Below are positions 1 to 16,014 of a stretch of 64,000 nucleotides of DNA, piece by piece. Every line of letters starts with the position of its first letter. The first letter of the stretch is position 1. The translations under genes and the position numbers were made by a program. The notes under the pieces are model-generated. The model saw only the letters and a program-made list of their open reading frames with translations. It did no database searches and had not been told where the DNA came from. Source of the DNA: Eledone cirrhosa (Eukaryota); contig CAXHJY010001577.1 in NCBI GenBank assembly GCA_964016885.1, positions 1 through 64,000 on the forward strand, in the 5' to 3' direction.

Positions 1-3000
1 GAGTTAATTATAAAGAATTAATATCTAGTAACATATATATATACATACAGATGCATATCAATGCTAGCAAATATATAGGTTCTGTCTTAGTAACTTTGTG
101 GTTCAATGCATGGGGTTGCAGAACAATAATATGAGAGACGTAAAATAAGAAAATTACAAAATTAACTTACTTACTAAATTATCACTTCCAACTAATTAGT
201 TTCTGGAATGGAATAAATATATTTTCCGAAGAGAGCATGGAGAATCATTCCGTCGTCAGGGAAGACTATTCTCATCTAAGTATGCAGGCAAAGCGTGGAC
301 TCTGGAAACATATTAAAAAATAATTCAGTGGATAGAAAATAGCAAAGCGTGGACTGAATTCCTAGCCATAGAAGAAATCACTGCCTCGTCGTCGGTGGCA
401 AATTCAAAAAGAATCAATCACGTGACATCGAGGTCAATCAGTGGAAAGTGGTTTGCTAATAAGACAGCGGCCTGCCTGCTACCATAGGCAGGAGTTATGG
501 CCAATATTGCTCGACAAATAATTTGGAGATAATTATAAAGAATTAATATCTAGTAACATATATATACATACAGATGCATATCAATGCTAGCAAATATATA
601 GGTTTTGTCTTAGTAACTTTGTGGTTTGCTATAAGTTTCCAGAGTCCACGCTTTGCCTGGATACTTAGATGAGAATAGACTTCCCTGACGACGGAATGAT
701 TCTCCATGTTTTCTTTGGAAAATATATTTATTCCATTCCAAAAACTAATTAGTTGGAAGTGATATTTTAGTAAGTAAGTTAATTTTATAATTTTCTTATT
801 TTACGTCTCTCATATTATTGTTCTGCAACCCCATGCATTGAACCACAAAGTTACTAAGACAAAACCTATATATATGCTAGCATTGATATGCATCTGTATG
901 TATATATATGTTACTCGATATTAATTCTTTATAATTATCTCCAAATTATTTGTCGAGCAATATTGGCCATGACTGCTGCTATGGTAGCAGGCAGGCCGCT
1001 GTCTTATTAGCAAACCACTTTCCACTGATTGACCTCGATGTCACGTGATTGATTCTTTTTGAATTTGCCACCGACGCAGAGGCAGTGATTTTCTCTATGG
1101 CTAGGAATTCAGTCCACGCTTTGCTATTTTCTATCCACTGCATTATTTTATTAATAAGTTTCCAGATTCCACGCTTTCCCTGGATACTTAGATGAGAATA
1201 GTCTTCCCTGACGACGGAATGATTCTCTTTGTTTTCTTCGGAAAATATATTTATTCCATTCCAGAAACTAATTAGTTGGAAGTGATATTTTAGTAAGTAA
1301 GTTAATTTATAATTTTCTTATTTTACGTCTCTCATATTATTGTTCTGCAACCCCATGCGTTGAACCACAAAGTTAGTAAGACAAAAATCTATATATTTGC
1401 TAGCATTGATATGCATCTGTATGTATATATATGTTACTAGATATTAATTCTTTATAATTATCTCCAAATTATTTGTCGAGCAATATTGGCCATGACTGCT
1501 GCTATGGTAGCAGGCAGGCCGCTGTCTTATTAGCAAACCACTTTCCACTGATTGACCTCAGATGTCACGTGATTGATTCTTTTGAATTTGCCACCGACTC
1601 AGAGGCAGCGATTTCTCTATGGCTAGGAATTCAGTCCACGCTTTGCTATTTTCTATCCACTGAATTATTTTTTAATAAGTTTCCAGAGTCCAACACTTTG
1701 CCTGGATACTTAGATGAGAATAGACTTCCCTGACGACGGAATGATTCTGCATGTTTTCTTCGAAAATATATTTATTCCATTCCAAAAACTAATTAGTTGG
1801 AAGTGATATTTAGTAAGTAAGTTAATTTATAATTTCTTATTTTATGTCGTCTCTCATATTATTGTTCTGCAACCCATGCATTGAACCACAAAGTTTGTTA
1901 CTTGGTATTAAATATTTATATATATGCTAGCATTGATATGCAATCTGTATGTATATATATGTTGTTATTCTTTATTTATTATTGTCTCCATATTATTTGT
2001 TCGGAGCAATGATTTGGCAATGTAGGCATGAGTGCTAGCTATGGATAGCAGGCAGGCCGCTGTCTTATTAGCAAACACTGTATTGAATACTTGATGTACG
2101 TGACGTGATTGATTCTTTAGATTGCCACCGGACGCAGAGGCAGTGATTTTCTATGGCTAGGAATTCAGTCCACGCTTCTTTGATATTGGATCTGGGTTGG
2201 TATTTGTATTAATAAGTTTCCAGATTCCACGCTTCCGCTGTGATACTTAGATGAGAATAGTCTTCCCTGACGACGGAATGATTCTCTTTGTTTTTCTTCG
2301 GAAATATATTTATTTGTGGGGGTGGGGAGTGTGTGGAGGTGGTTGGATGAGTGAGTTGGAAGTGATATTTTAGTATGAAGTTATTTTATAGTATTAATAT
2401 TATGTTATATTTACGTTGTTCTTGTTGGAACCAGGTAGTTGATCGTTGCTAGCATTGATATGCATTGTCTGTATGTATATATTGTTACTAGATATTTAAT
2501 TCTTTATAATTATCTCAAATTATTTGTCGAGCAATATGGCCATGACTGATGCTATGGTAAGCATGTGCGCTGTCTTATTAGCAAACCTTTCACTGTTGAC
2601 ATTGACCTCGATGTCCGTGATTGATCTTTTGAATTTGCACCGACTCAGAGGCAGCGATTTTCTGGTAGGGCTATTCAGTCGCTTTGTATTTTCTAATCCA
2701 CTGAATTATTTTTTAATAAGTTTCCAGAGTCCACACTTTGCCTGGATACTTAGATGAGAATAGACTTCCCTGACGACGGAATGATTCTGCATGTTTTCTT
2801 CGGAAAATATATTTATTCCATTCCAGAATCTAATTAGTTGGAAGTGATATTTTAGTAAGTAAGTTAATTTTGTAATTTTCTTATTTTACGTCTCTCATAT
2901 TAATGTTCTGCAACCCCCATGCATTGAACCACATAGTTACTAAGACAAAACCTATATATTTGCTAGCATTGATATGCATCTGTATGTATATATATGTTAC

Positions 3001-3014
3001 TAGATATTAATTAT

Positions 3015-3015
<1 letters not shown>
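1..3015. repeat. ~520-bp HHR-bearing tandem array (mirror of 8025-11035), inverted at ~627
   Basis: Unit recurs about every 520 bp; 1860-2700 is noisy relative to its mirror arm. Confidence 0.9.
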
Positions 3016-4800
<1,785 letters not shown>

Positions 4801-5486
4801 TAGCTTCTTGCTAAAACAATCTCTATACGTCTCATTTATATTTATACTCGGATTCTTTTCCTAGAGTGCTTAAACTATCTGTGACTAATCCCGGTTTTTT
4901 CATAAAAACTGTGATAATTATTGCTATTTTGCTGAACTCGTTGTAGAGTTTTTTTCAGAATGTATTTGACTGCTATTTCTTGTAAATAAACATTCACTTC
5001 CATCCTGACGTCACTAGCCCCGTTTTTTTCCTCATGTGCTTTTTCATAAATACACATGAAGGCGAACTAGCCAGTTTTAGAATTCCCTTTTTCGGACTAT
5101 ATTACTGTGAGAGCCCTGGTTTTCTGTTGAGCTCTGCTGATGAATGATATTCCAACCGTGACCATCTCCACTGAAAGTTTTCATGAAATAGTCTTTTAAG
5201 ACTATACAGAGCATTTGATGTTATTCCAAATTGAAGGATAAGTGTTTCAAACTTTGTTTTATCATGAGTTAAAAGGTCTATAGATTTTTTTTCTTTTTTT
5301 TTCTTCTCTTTCCCATGGATTTTACTAAATTCTGTGGATGAATTTGTATCCTGATTCTCTTTTGAGATGAGTTTGAGTTATTTTTCCTAAATCTTTCGTT
5401 AACTACTTTTCCCATCTTGACGTTATAGTCGCATATATGTTATAGAATGCCGTTAGCTTCTTGCTAAAACAATCTCTATACGTCTC

Positions 5487-5493
<7 letters not shown>
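4801..5493 (+). mobile_element. 653-bp terminally redundant HHR element in (TA)n (retrozyme/PLE pLTR-like); inverted copy at ~5597-6250
   Basis: 4801-4840 (tagcttcttgctaaaacaatctctatacgtctcatttata) repeats at 5454-5493; internal HHR; diverged relative at 16548-17209. Confidence 0.75.
5131..5212 (+). ncRNA. Type I hammerhead ribozyme
   Basis: Stem I gctctg/cagagc, CTGATGA (5137-5143), stem II atga/tcat, GAAA (5185-5188), stem III Atagtctt/aagactaT, cleavage triplet AUA (after 5206). Confidence 0.85.
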
Positions 5494-5525
<32 letters not shown>

Positions 5526-5526
5526 T

Positions 5527-5614
<88 letters not shown>

Positions 5615-6283
5615 ATAAATGAGACGTATAGAGATTGTTTTAGCAAGAAGCTAACGGCATTCTATAACATATATGCGACTATAACGTCAAGATGGGAAAA
5701 GTAGTTAACGAAAGATTTAGGAAAAATAACTCAAACTCATCTCAAAAGAGAATCAGGATACAAATTCATCCACAGAATTTAGTAAAATCCATGGAAAAAA
5801 TCTATAGACCTTTAACTCATGATAAAACAAAGTTTGAAACACTTATCCTTCAATTTGGAATAACATCAAATGCTCTGTATAGTCTTAAAAGACTATTTCA
5901 TGAAAACTTTCAGTGGAGATGGTCACGGTTGGAATATCATTCATCAGCAGAGCTCAACAGAAAACCAGGGCTCTCACAGTAATATAGTCCGAAAAAGGGA
6001 ATTCTAAAACTGGCTAGTTCGCCTTCATGTGTATTTATGAAAAAGCACATGAGGAAAAAACGGGGCTAGTGACGTCAGGATGGAAGTGAATGTTTATTTA
6101 CAAGAAATAGCAGTCAAATACATTCTGAAAAAAACTCTACAACGAGTTCAGCAAAATAGCAATAATTATCACAGTTTATGAAAAAACCGGGAGTTAGTTC
6201 TAGCATGATCAGTTTTAAGAACGTATAGAGATTGTTAGAAGAAGCTATTATATATATATATATTAGACTATAGAATTTTTAGC

Positions 6284-6316
<33 letters not shown>

Positions 6317-6321
6317 TATAT

Positions 6322-6383
<62 letters not shown>

Positions 6384-6398
6384 ATATTATATATATAT

Positions 6399-6452
<54 letters not shown>

Positions 6453-6457
6453 ATATA

Positions 6458-6512
<55 letters not shown>

Positions 6513-6611
6513 TATATATATATATTATATATATATATATAATATATATATATATATATTATATATATATATATAATATATATATATATATAATATATAT
6601 ATATATATATA

Positions 6612-6679
<68 letters not shown>

Positions 6680-6701
6680 TATATATATATACATATATAT
6701 A

Positions 6702-6744
<43 letters not shown>

Positions 6745-6782
6745 ATATTATATATATATATATATATTATATATATATATAT

Positions 6783-6814
<32 letters not shown>

Positions 6815-6855
6815 ATTTATATATTATATATATATATATGTTATATATATATATT

Positions 6856-6889
<34 letters not shown>

Positions 6890-7367
6890 TAATATATATA
6901 TATACTATATATATATTATATATATTATATTCATATATATATATAATTATATATATATATTTATATATTATATATATATATATATATATTAATATATATA
7001 TATACTATATATATATTATATATATATATTCATATATATATATATTATATATATATATTTATATACATACATAAATATATATTATATATATATTATATAT
7101 ATATATTTATATACATACATAAATATATATTATATATATATTATATATATATATTTATATACATACATAAATATATATTATATATATATTATATATATAT
7201 ATATTTATATACATACATATATATATATATTATATATATATATTTATATACATACATATATATATATATTATATATATATATTTATATACATACATATAT
7301 ATATATATTATATATATATATTTATATACATACATATATATATATATTATATATATATATTATATAT

Positions 7368-7406
<39 letters not shown>

Positions 7407-7421
7407 TATTATATATATATT

Positions 7422-7471
<50 letters not shown>

Positions 7472-7524
7472 ATTTATATACATACATATATATATATATT
7501 ATATATATATATTTATATACATAC

Positions 7525-7555
<31 letters not shown>

Positions 7556-7604
7556 ATTTATATACATACATATATATATATATTATATATATATATTTAT
7601 TTAC

Positions 7605-7643
<39 letters not shown>

Positions 7644-7649
7644 ATTTAC

Positions 7650-7682
<33 letters not shown>

Positions 7683-7781
7683 ATTTATATACATACATAT
7701 ATATATATTATATATATATATTTATTTACATATTATATATATATATATATATCATATATATATATTATATATATATTTATT

Positions 7782-7821
<40 letters not shown>

Positions 7822-7831
7822 ATCTACATAC

Positions 7832-7864
<33 letters not shown>

Positions 7865-7953
7865 ATATATTATATATATATATTTATATACATATATATA
7901 TATATATATACATACATATATATATATATATATATACATACATACATACATAT

Positions 7954-8021
<68 letters not shown>

Positions 8022-8024
8022 ATA

Positions 8025-11000
8025 ATTAATATCTAGTAACATATATATACATACAGATGCATATCAATGCTAGCAAATATATAGGTTTTGTCTTAGTAAC
8101 TATGTGGTTCAATGCATGGGGTTGCAGAACATTAATATGAGAGACGTAAAATAAGAAAATTACAAAATTAACTTACTTACTAAAATATCACTTCCAACTA
8201 ATTAGATTCTGGAATGGAATAAATATATTTTCCGAAGAAAACATGCAGAATCATTCCGTCGTCAGGGAAGTCTATTCTCATCTAAGTATCCAGGCAAAGT
8301 GTGGACTCTGAAACTTATTAAAAAATAATTCAGTGGATAGAAAATAGCAAAGCGTGGACTGAATTCCTAGCCATAGAGAAAATCGCTGCCTCTGAGTCGG
8401 TGGCAAATTCAAAAAGAATCAATCACGTGACATCGAGGTCAATCAGTGGAAAGTGGTTTGCTAATAAGACAGCGGCATGCCTGCTACCATAGCAGCAGTC
8501 ATGGCCAATATTGCTCGACAAATAATTTGGAGATAATTATAAAGAATTAATATCTAGTAACATATATATACATACAGATGCATATCAATGCTAGCAAATA
8601 TATAGATTTTGTCTTAGTAACTTTGTGGTTCAACGCATGGGGTTGCAGAACAATAATATGAGAGACGTAAAATAAGAAAATTATAAAATTAACTTACTTA
8701 CTAAAATATCACTTCAACTAATTAGTTTCTGGAATGGAATAAATATATTTTCCGAAGAAAACAAAGAGAATCATTCCGTCGTCAGGGAAGACTATTCTCA
8801 TCTAAGTATCCAGGGAAAGCGTGGAATCTGGAAACTTATTAATAAAATAATGCAGTGGATAGAAAATAGCAAAGCGTGGACTGAATTCCTAGCCATAGAG
8901 AAAATCACTGCCTCTGCGTCGGTGGCAAATTCAAAAAGAATCAATCACGTGACATCGAGGTCAATCAGTGGAAAGTGGTTTGCTAATAAGACAGCGGCCT
9001 GCCTGCTACCATAGCAGCAGTCATGGCCAATATTGCTCGACAAATAATTTGGAGATAATTATAAAGAATTAATATCGAGTAACATATATATACATACAGA
9101 TGCATATCAATGCTAGCATATATATAGGTTTTGTCTTAGTAACTTTGTGGTTCAATGCATGGGGTTGCAGAACAATAATATGAGAGACGTAAAATAAGAA
9201 AATTATAAAATTAACTTACTTACTAAAATATCACTTCCAACTAATTAGTTTTTGGAATGGAATAAATATATTTCCGAAGAAAACATGCAGAATCATTCCG
9301 TCGTCAGGGAAGTCTATTCTCATCTAAGTATCCAGGCAAAGTGTGGACTCTGGAAACTTATTAAAAAATAATTCAGTGGATAGAAAATAGCAAAGCGTGG
9401 ACTGAATTCCTAGCCATAGAGAAAATCGCTGCCTCTGAGTCGGTGGCAAATTCAAAAAGAATCAATCACGTGACATCGAGGTCAATCAGTGGAAAGTGGT
9501 TTGCTAATAAGACAGCGGCCTGCCTGCTACCATAGCAGCAGTCATGGCCAATATTGCTCGACAAATAATTTGGAGATAATTATAAAGAATTAATATCTAG
9601 TAACATATATATACATACAGATGCATATCAATGCTAGCAAATATATAGATTTTGTCTTACTAACTTTGTGGTTCAACGCATGGGGTTGCAGAACAATAAT
9701 ATGAGAGACGTAAAATAAGAAAATTATAAAATTAACTTACTTACTAAAATATCACTTCCAACTAATTAGTTTCTGGAATGGAATAAATATATTTTCCGAA
9801 GAAAACAAAGAGAATCATTCCGTCGTCAGGGAAGACTATTCTCATCTAAGTATCCAGGGAAAGCGTGGAATCTGGAAACTTATTAATAAAATAATGCAGT
9901 GGATAGAAAATAGCAAAGCGTGGACTGAATTCCTAGCCATAGAGAAAATCACTGCCTCTGCGTCGGTGGCAAATTCAAAAAGAATCAATCACGTGACATC
10001 GAGGTCAATCAGTGGAAAGTGGTTTGCTAATAAGACAGCGGCCTGCCTGCTACCATAGCAGCAGTCATGGCCAATATTGCTCGACAAATAATTTGGAGAT
10101 AATTATAAAGAATTAATATCGAGTAACATATATATACATACAGATGCATATCAATGCTAGCATATATATAGGTTTTGTCTTAGTAACTTTGTGGTTCAAT
10201 GCATGGGGTTGCAGAACAATAATATGAGAGACGTAAAATAAGAAAATTATAAAATTAACTTACTTACTAAAATATCACTTCCAACTAATTAGTTTTTGGA
10301 ATGGAATAAATATATTTTCCAAAGAAAACATGGAGAATCATTCCGTCGTCAGGGAAGTCTATTCTCATCTAAGTATCCAGGCAAAGCGTGGACTCTGGAA
10401 ACTTATAGCAAACCACAAAGTTACTAAGACAAAACCTATATATTTGCTAGCATTGATATGCATCTGTATGTATATATATGTTACTAGATATTAATTCTTT
10501 ATAATTATCTCCAAATTATTTGTCGAGCAATATTGGCCATAACTCCTGCTATGGTAGCAGGCAGGCCGCTGTCTTATTAGCAAACCACTTTCCACTGATT
10601 GACCTCGATGTCACGTGATTGATTCTTTTTGAATTTGCCACCGACGACGAGGCAGTGATTTCTTCTATGGCTAGGAATTCAGTCCACGCTTTGCTATTTT
10701 CTATCCACTGAATTATTTTTTAATATGTTTCCAGAGTCCACGCTTTGCCTGCATACTTAGATGAGAATAGTCTTCCCTGACGACGGAATGATTCTCCATG
10801 CTCTCTTCGGAAAATATATTTATTCCATTCCAGAAACTAATTAGTTGGAAGTGATAATTTAGTAAGTAAGTTAATTTTGTAATTTTCTTATTTTACGTCT
10901 CTCATATTATTGTTCTGCAACCCCATGCATTGAACCACAAAGTTACTAAGACAGAACCTATATATTTGCTAGCATTGATATGCATCTGTATGTATATATA

Positions 11001-11421
11001 TATGTTACTAGATATTAATTCTTTATAATTAACTCCAAATTATTTGTCGAGCAATATTGGCCATGACTGCTGCTATGGTAGCAGGCAGGCCGCTGTCTTA
11101 TTAGCAAACCACTTTCCACTGATTGACCTCGATGTCACGTGATTGATTCTTTTTGAATTTGCCACCGACGCAGAGGCAGCGATTTTCTCTATGGCTAGGA
11201 ATTCAGTCCACGCTTTGCTATTTTCTATCCACTGAATTATTTTTTAATAAGTTTCCAGAGTTCACGCTTTGCCTGGATACTTAGATGAGAATAGTCTTCC
11301 CTGACGACGGAATGATTCTCCATATTTTCTTCGGAAAATATATTTATTCCATTCCAGAAACTAATTAGTTGGAAGTGATATTTTAGTAAGTAAGTTAATT
11401 TTATAATTTTCTTATTTTACG

Positions 11422-11430
<9 letters not shown>
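8025..11430. repeat. ~520-bp HHR tandem array: ~4.5 units (HHR on minus), inversion at ~10408, then ~2 units (HHR on plus)
   Basis: Periodic recurrence; both outer ends abut (TA)n; right end ttttacgtctctcata(ta)n. Confidence 0.92.
11296..11375 (+). ncRNA. Type I hammerhead ribozyme of the 520-bp unit (exemplar copy)
   Basis: cttcc-CTGACGA-c-ggaatg...ttttc(ttcg)gaaaa...cattcc-a-GAAAC-taatta-GTT-ggaag; palindromic stem III ACTAATTAGT; C.A mismatch at the base of stem II; GUU triplet. Confidence 0.75.
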
Positions 11431-11463
<33 letters not shown>

Positions 11464-11566
11464 GGTGGCTACCAACTCGTTTTCGAGTCGGCCACTATTT
11501 TATATCCATGTAGGAGAACCCCTACCGATGCGCTGAACAACTGACTTTTTCGTCAAACCAGCGACT

Positions 11567-11971
11567 TGTCCTCTCAACAACCATTATCTTGAAAAAAACT
11601 TAGTCTACGAATGTAAAGTTATAACTGACACCAATTCCTTTACTTATTTTGGTTCCACTTCCACCTCCTTTAAAGCTTGTCTTTATAATCATCATTCGTC
11701 TTTTAAATACCCACTTAAAAGAACCAACACGGCACTCTCAGAACTCGCATGGTCCTTGAAAGACAAAAATATTAACTATAACATCTCTTGGAAGAAGGTT
11801 TGTTCTGCTTCTTCATACTTGAATAGTTCTCTATCCAAGACATGCAATCTTTGTTTATGTGAAAATTTTACCATTATATCTAACTTAGATTCTATAATAA
11901 ATAGACGCACTGACTTGTTTTCTCTCTGCTTGCATAAATTCCATAGAACATTCCATAAAGTATACATCTAA
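11567..11971 (+). pseudogene. GIY-YIG endonuclease C-terminus of a 5'-truncated Naiad-type Penelope-like element
   Basis: The open frame upstream of ORF 11756 reads CPLNNHYLEKNLVYECKV..TYFGSTSTSFKACLYNHHSSF..TALSELAWSLK..ISW..CNLCLCEN..INRRTDL..CLH. This matches the VY..YxG.T..FKxR..NH..SF and CxLCLxEK pattern, with the conserved Arg replaced. Clade assigned from recalled motifs. Confidence 0.8.
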
Positions 11972-12958
11972 TATCTAATACTTTATCAATGTAAAATCCT
12001 TTTCTCAAAGACACATATATATACATATATATTTCTTTAAAAATATACCCATCTCTCTACCTTATTTCAATGTTATTTATTATACATATATAATACTAGT
12101 TACTCATTCTATATCACTCCTATTTATCACTTCCCTTTCTTTCTTTTTTCCTTTTTTATTTTCTTTTTTTATTTTTATTTTAATTTCTAACCCCTAATCT
12201 GTACCTTTTCTTCCTAGATACTTCTCAATTATCATTGTGCCTAACGTAGAAACAATTATTACTCAGCACAATATATTCTTACTTTATATCACCTTGAAAA
12301 AATCCTTCGTAAACATAAACATTTTTTTGACGTTAGATTATTCATCCTCAATTCATTATTTTTTTCTACCTTTCATGCTCATCTAACTTACACATATTAC
12401 ACTTATTCATCCACTCTTCTACTTCTTTCACAATATATCCTTAATTACATTACTATTGCTATATGTTTTATATTTTTTAATAATACATATCAACAATTTC
12501 TTTCCATCGCACATATTATTAAACCCTTAAATATTATTCTTAATACATATTAACAATTTCTTTTCATCGCACATATTATTAAACCCTTAAATATACAAAC
12601 CTTAATTTAACATTATTCTAAATCTTTCTCTTCGTTAATTTTCAAATTCTTTAAATTTATATATTATCTTCCAACGGTTTTTCAACCTCTCTATGTAAAA
12701 CAATATATTTTTCTCAGCTATAAAAGCTATCTCTCTCTCTCTATCACTCATCTCTCCTCCTATCTCATCCTTCCTCATTATACTCCTCCCCCTCCACTTT
12801 TTACTCTCATCTGCTCCTCTTTTTCATCCTTTCCATCCCCCCACCCCCGCCCCTCAATTTTTTCCCAATATCACACATCACTCTAAAACTACTTTTCATA
12901 TGTTGATTTAAAACTGCACTATTCACAAATGTGTTTTAACCTTCATATCATGTCTCCC

Positions 12959-13029
12959 TATTTTATCTGACGAAAACGCAAATGTTATTGCATGATGATA
13001 TTTGTTTCTGAAATGCGCATAATAAAATA
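12959..13029 (+). ncRNA. Type I HHR in the 3' pLTR/UTR of the Naiad-type fragment
   Basis: Stem I tattttat/ataaaata (8 bp), CTGACGA, stem II gcaaatgtta/tgatatttgt, GAAA, palindromic stem III ATGCGCAT, AUA triplet; element ends in (TA)n at ~13062. Confidence 0.8.
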
Positions 13030-13061
13030 CATGGAACTCTTTTAACCATCTTTTGATCTTA

Positions 13062-13130
13062 TATATTATATATATATATGTATATATATATACATATCTG
13101 TATATATATATACATATACATACATATATG

Positions 13131-13170
<40 letters not shown>

Positions 13171-13366
13171 TGTATATATATACATATATGTATATATATA
13201 CATATACATACATATATGTATATATATACATATACATACATATATGTATATATATATGTATATATATATACATATATGTATATATATATACATATACATA
13301 CATATATGAATATATATATATATACATATATGTATATATATACATATACATACATATATGTATATA

Positions 13367-13404
<38 letters not shown>

Positions 13405-13806
13405 CATATATGTATAAATATATATACATACATATATGTATAAATATACATACATATATGTATATATATATACATACATACATACATATGTATATATATA
13501 TATATATACATACATATGTATATATATATATATATACATACATATGTATATATATATATACATACATATATGTATATATATATATATACATACATATGTA
13601 TATATATATATACATACATATATGTATATATATATATATACATACATATGTATATATATATATACATACATATATGTATATATATATATATATACATACA
13701 TATATGTATATATATATATATACATACATATATGTATATATATATATATACATACATATATGTATATATATATACATACATATATGTATATATATATATA
13801 TATATG

Positions 13807-13844
<38 letters not shown>

Positions 13845-13966
13845 CTATATGTATATATATATATATATACATACTATATGTATATATATATATATATACA
13901 TACATATATGTTTATATATACATACATATATGTATATATATATATATTTATATATATATATATATA
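13062..13966. repeat. (TA)n/(TACA) compound microsatellite
   Basis: Directly visible. Confidence 0.97.
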
Positions 13967-13967
13967 A

Positions 13968-15192
13968 TCTATACTATAAAGCTCACTGCCATATGTAGGT
14001 AACAAACTATCCGCCAAACGGCTGGACCAAACAGCACCAAATTTGCACCATAGATGTAACTTTTTCTGAATAAATAAGTGATGGTATTGTTGCTTACGGA
14101 ATTTTGTTAAAAGATTAAAGACATTATTTAAATATTCACTTCTTTAAAATTTCACATGTCAACACTTCCGGTTATACGTCATTCCTCACTTTTTTTATGA
14201 CGTCGCACAGCATTCCTCTATTTTTCTTAGTCTGTATGACTGGCTGTCTGCATTAGATAACATTTTTCGAAGTATTTACTTCTGCGTTCACAGACTGATT
14301 TTTTCAGTTTCAGAAGATCCCGTTAAGGGTGAAAGCAGCGATTCTTTGCTTAAACTTTTATCTTTTATTTTAATATATATATTCGTGTACAGATATTTTT
14401 TGCATACACAAAAACAAAAGCCTATTTATTTCACGAAAGCACAGAAGGCTTATCTTCATTGTTACTGTTCGAGGTTAGAAGACCACAATCTTTCCAAGAT
14501 CTGAGAACCATCAATGGCCATCAATGTTCAACTTACCGTTTGGCTTGCCAGATGCGTGGTATGTTACACAATGGCAGCCAGTGGCATCTCACCCTGCAAG
14601 AAGCAGCAACTTCTAAAGTCCCTTCTCAGCTGCGAAAACTGTTATGTTATTATTTTGCACAACTGTGATCTCGCCGACCCTCTCGAGATGTGGAACAACC
14701 ACCGCGAAAGTCTAACTGAAGACATCCTCCACCGTACACGCAGACACAATCCGAACGTAACATACGATATCGTTTCCAACGAGGCGCTCATTTGTCTTGA
14801 AAACAGTGTCCTGGAGTTTGGTGGTAGGCCTCTAGGTCACTACAGCTTATCTGCTTCTGACAGGAGTGTCCAGAATTGAACGTCTACAGAGCTTCCCCGT
14901 GAGACGAGCTACGAAATCAGTGATTCTCCCATGGTCAATTGTATGTAGGATGCTCTAGGGTTAGCTCGCCAAACAATCTCTTCATCTTTGCTCCGGAGTT
15001 CCGAACAAAAAATATTGTATACTTTGACGCTCTAACAGTGTAATTTAAATATTTTCTGTTACTTGGAATTTCCATTATGGTTGTACAAATTATTGTTTGT
15101 TAAAATATGTGTCCTGTTGACAGTTTATTGTTGTAACTATCAATTTCCTTTAACGTACTGGCTGCTAGACTGGGGAATACCGGGCCAGCTAG
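13968..15192 (+). mobile_element. Internally deleted Helitron
   Basis: a|TCTATACTATAAA 5' end, GC-rich ...ccagCTAG|t 3' end; RepHel remnants PQSFQDLRTING..C.TY..AC..RG.L (14459 on) and SHGQLYVGCSRV..TKNIVY (~14925-15035). Confidence 0.85.
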
Positions 15193-15214
15193 TATATATA
15201 TATATATAGTAGAG

Positions 15215-15960
15215 CCAGATTTGATAGTACACAGGTATACTATATTTGATTCCAGGCATCTATTCTTTAGTGGGCATTTATCCGGTAGGTGGCAGTTACA
15301 CTTGGAGGCCTTCCTGTGTGCAGGTTTCCCGTTGCGGTTCTGTATGTTGTTAGGGGCGGGATGGGATTTAGGTTTACTAGTGTTTTGTTTTGATGTGCCC
15401 AGGCGTGCGGACGGTTGTGATGCTGTTATGTGTTTGCGTTTTGTATTTGGTGCTACGGTGTATGTTGGTAGATTACATTATTTAGAAATTCTTTTATAGT
15501 TGATTTTATGTATGTGTGATTCTATATTAGCTGCAGTAGAGTAAGAGAGTTTGATAGTTTTTCTGTTAAAGATTCTATGGTATTTGTGTAGTTTAGGGAA
15601 GTGCTTGTCGATTAATTTAAAGAATTTAGGAGGTTGGGTGGTTTTTAAGGAAGAGTTGAAAATTGGATTGAACCTTAAATGTTTCCTACCTTGGGGTTTT
15701 CTGGAGTTTCTAGAGATCAACATAGTGGTTGGTTTGGCTATTTCGTGTGTCTGTTGCCTATTTCTATGTTTAGTTCTATATTTGTTACTCCTGTAGGTTC
15801 GGGTGGTGCAGTTGTCGTTAGGTTTGTATTTGTAGTTGCTGTCTCTATCGGGTATGTATTTGAGCCCTTCCTTGTGGCCTGCCTTACATAAAGCTATAAC
15901 TTCGATTACTACTATCATCAGTGACCGTATTTTTTTATTATTTTTTATTATTGTTGTTAT
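15215..15960 (-). pseudogene. Degenerate Naiad-type PLE fragment (post-RT linker region)
   Basis: ORF 15478-15969 contains RFNPIFNSSLKT..FFKLIDKHFPKLHKYHRIFNRKTIKLSYS, resembling the FNPP..LIDKHFP..HKIFNRxTxKxSYS PLE motif. Confidence 0.7.
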
Positions 15961-16014
15961 TGTTTTCATTTACTTTATTCTCCAATGTATCTATAATACT
16001 TGTGTTATACCCTT

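Noticed and set aside
1473-2757. Short ORFs (MSSNIGHDCC...) in the 520-bp repeat
   Set aside because: Non-ATG starts, frames differ between copies, no recognisable domain.
11567-13062. Selenocysteine recoding/SECIS, reported for some Naiad PLEs
   Set aside because: No in-frame TGA in the preserved fragment and no SECIS identifiable by eye.
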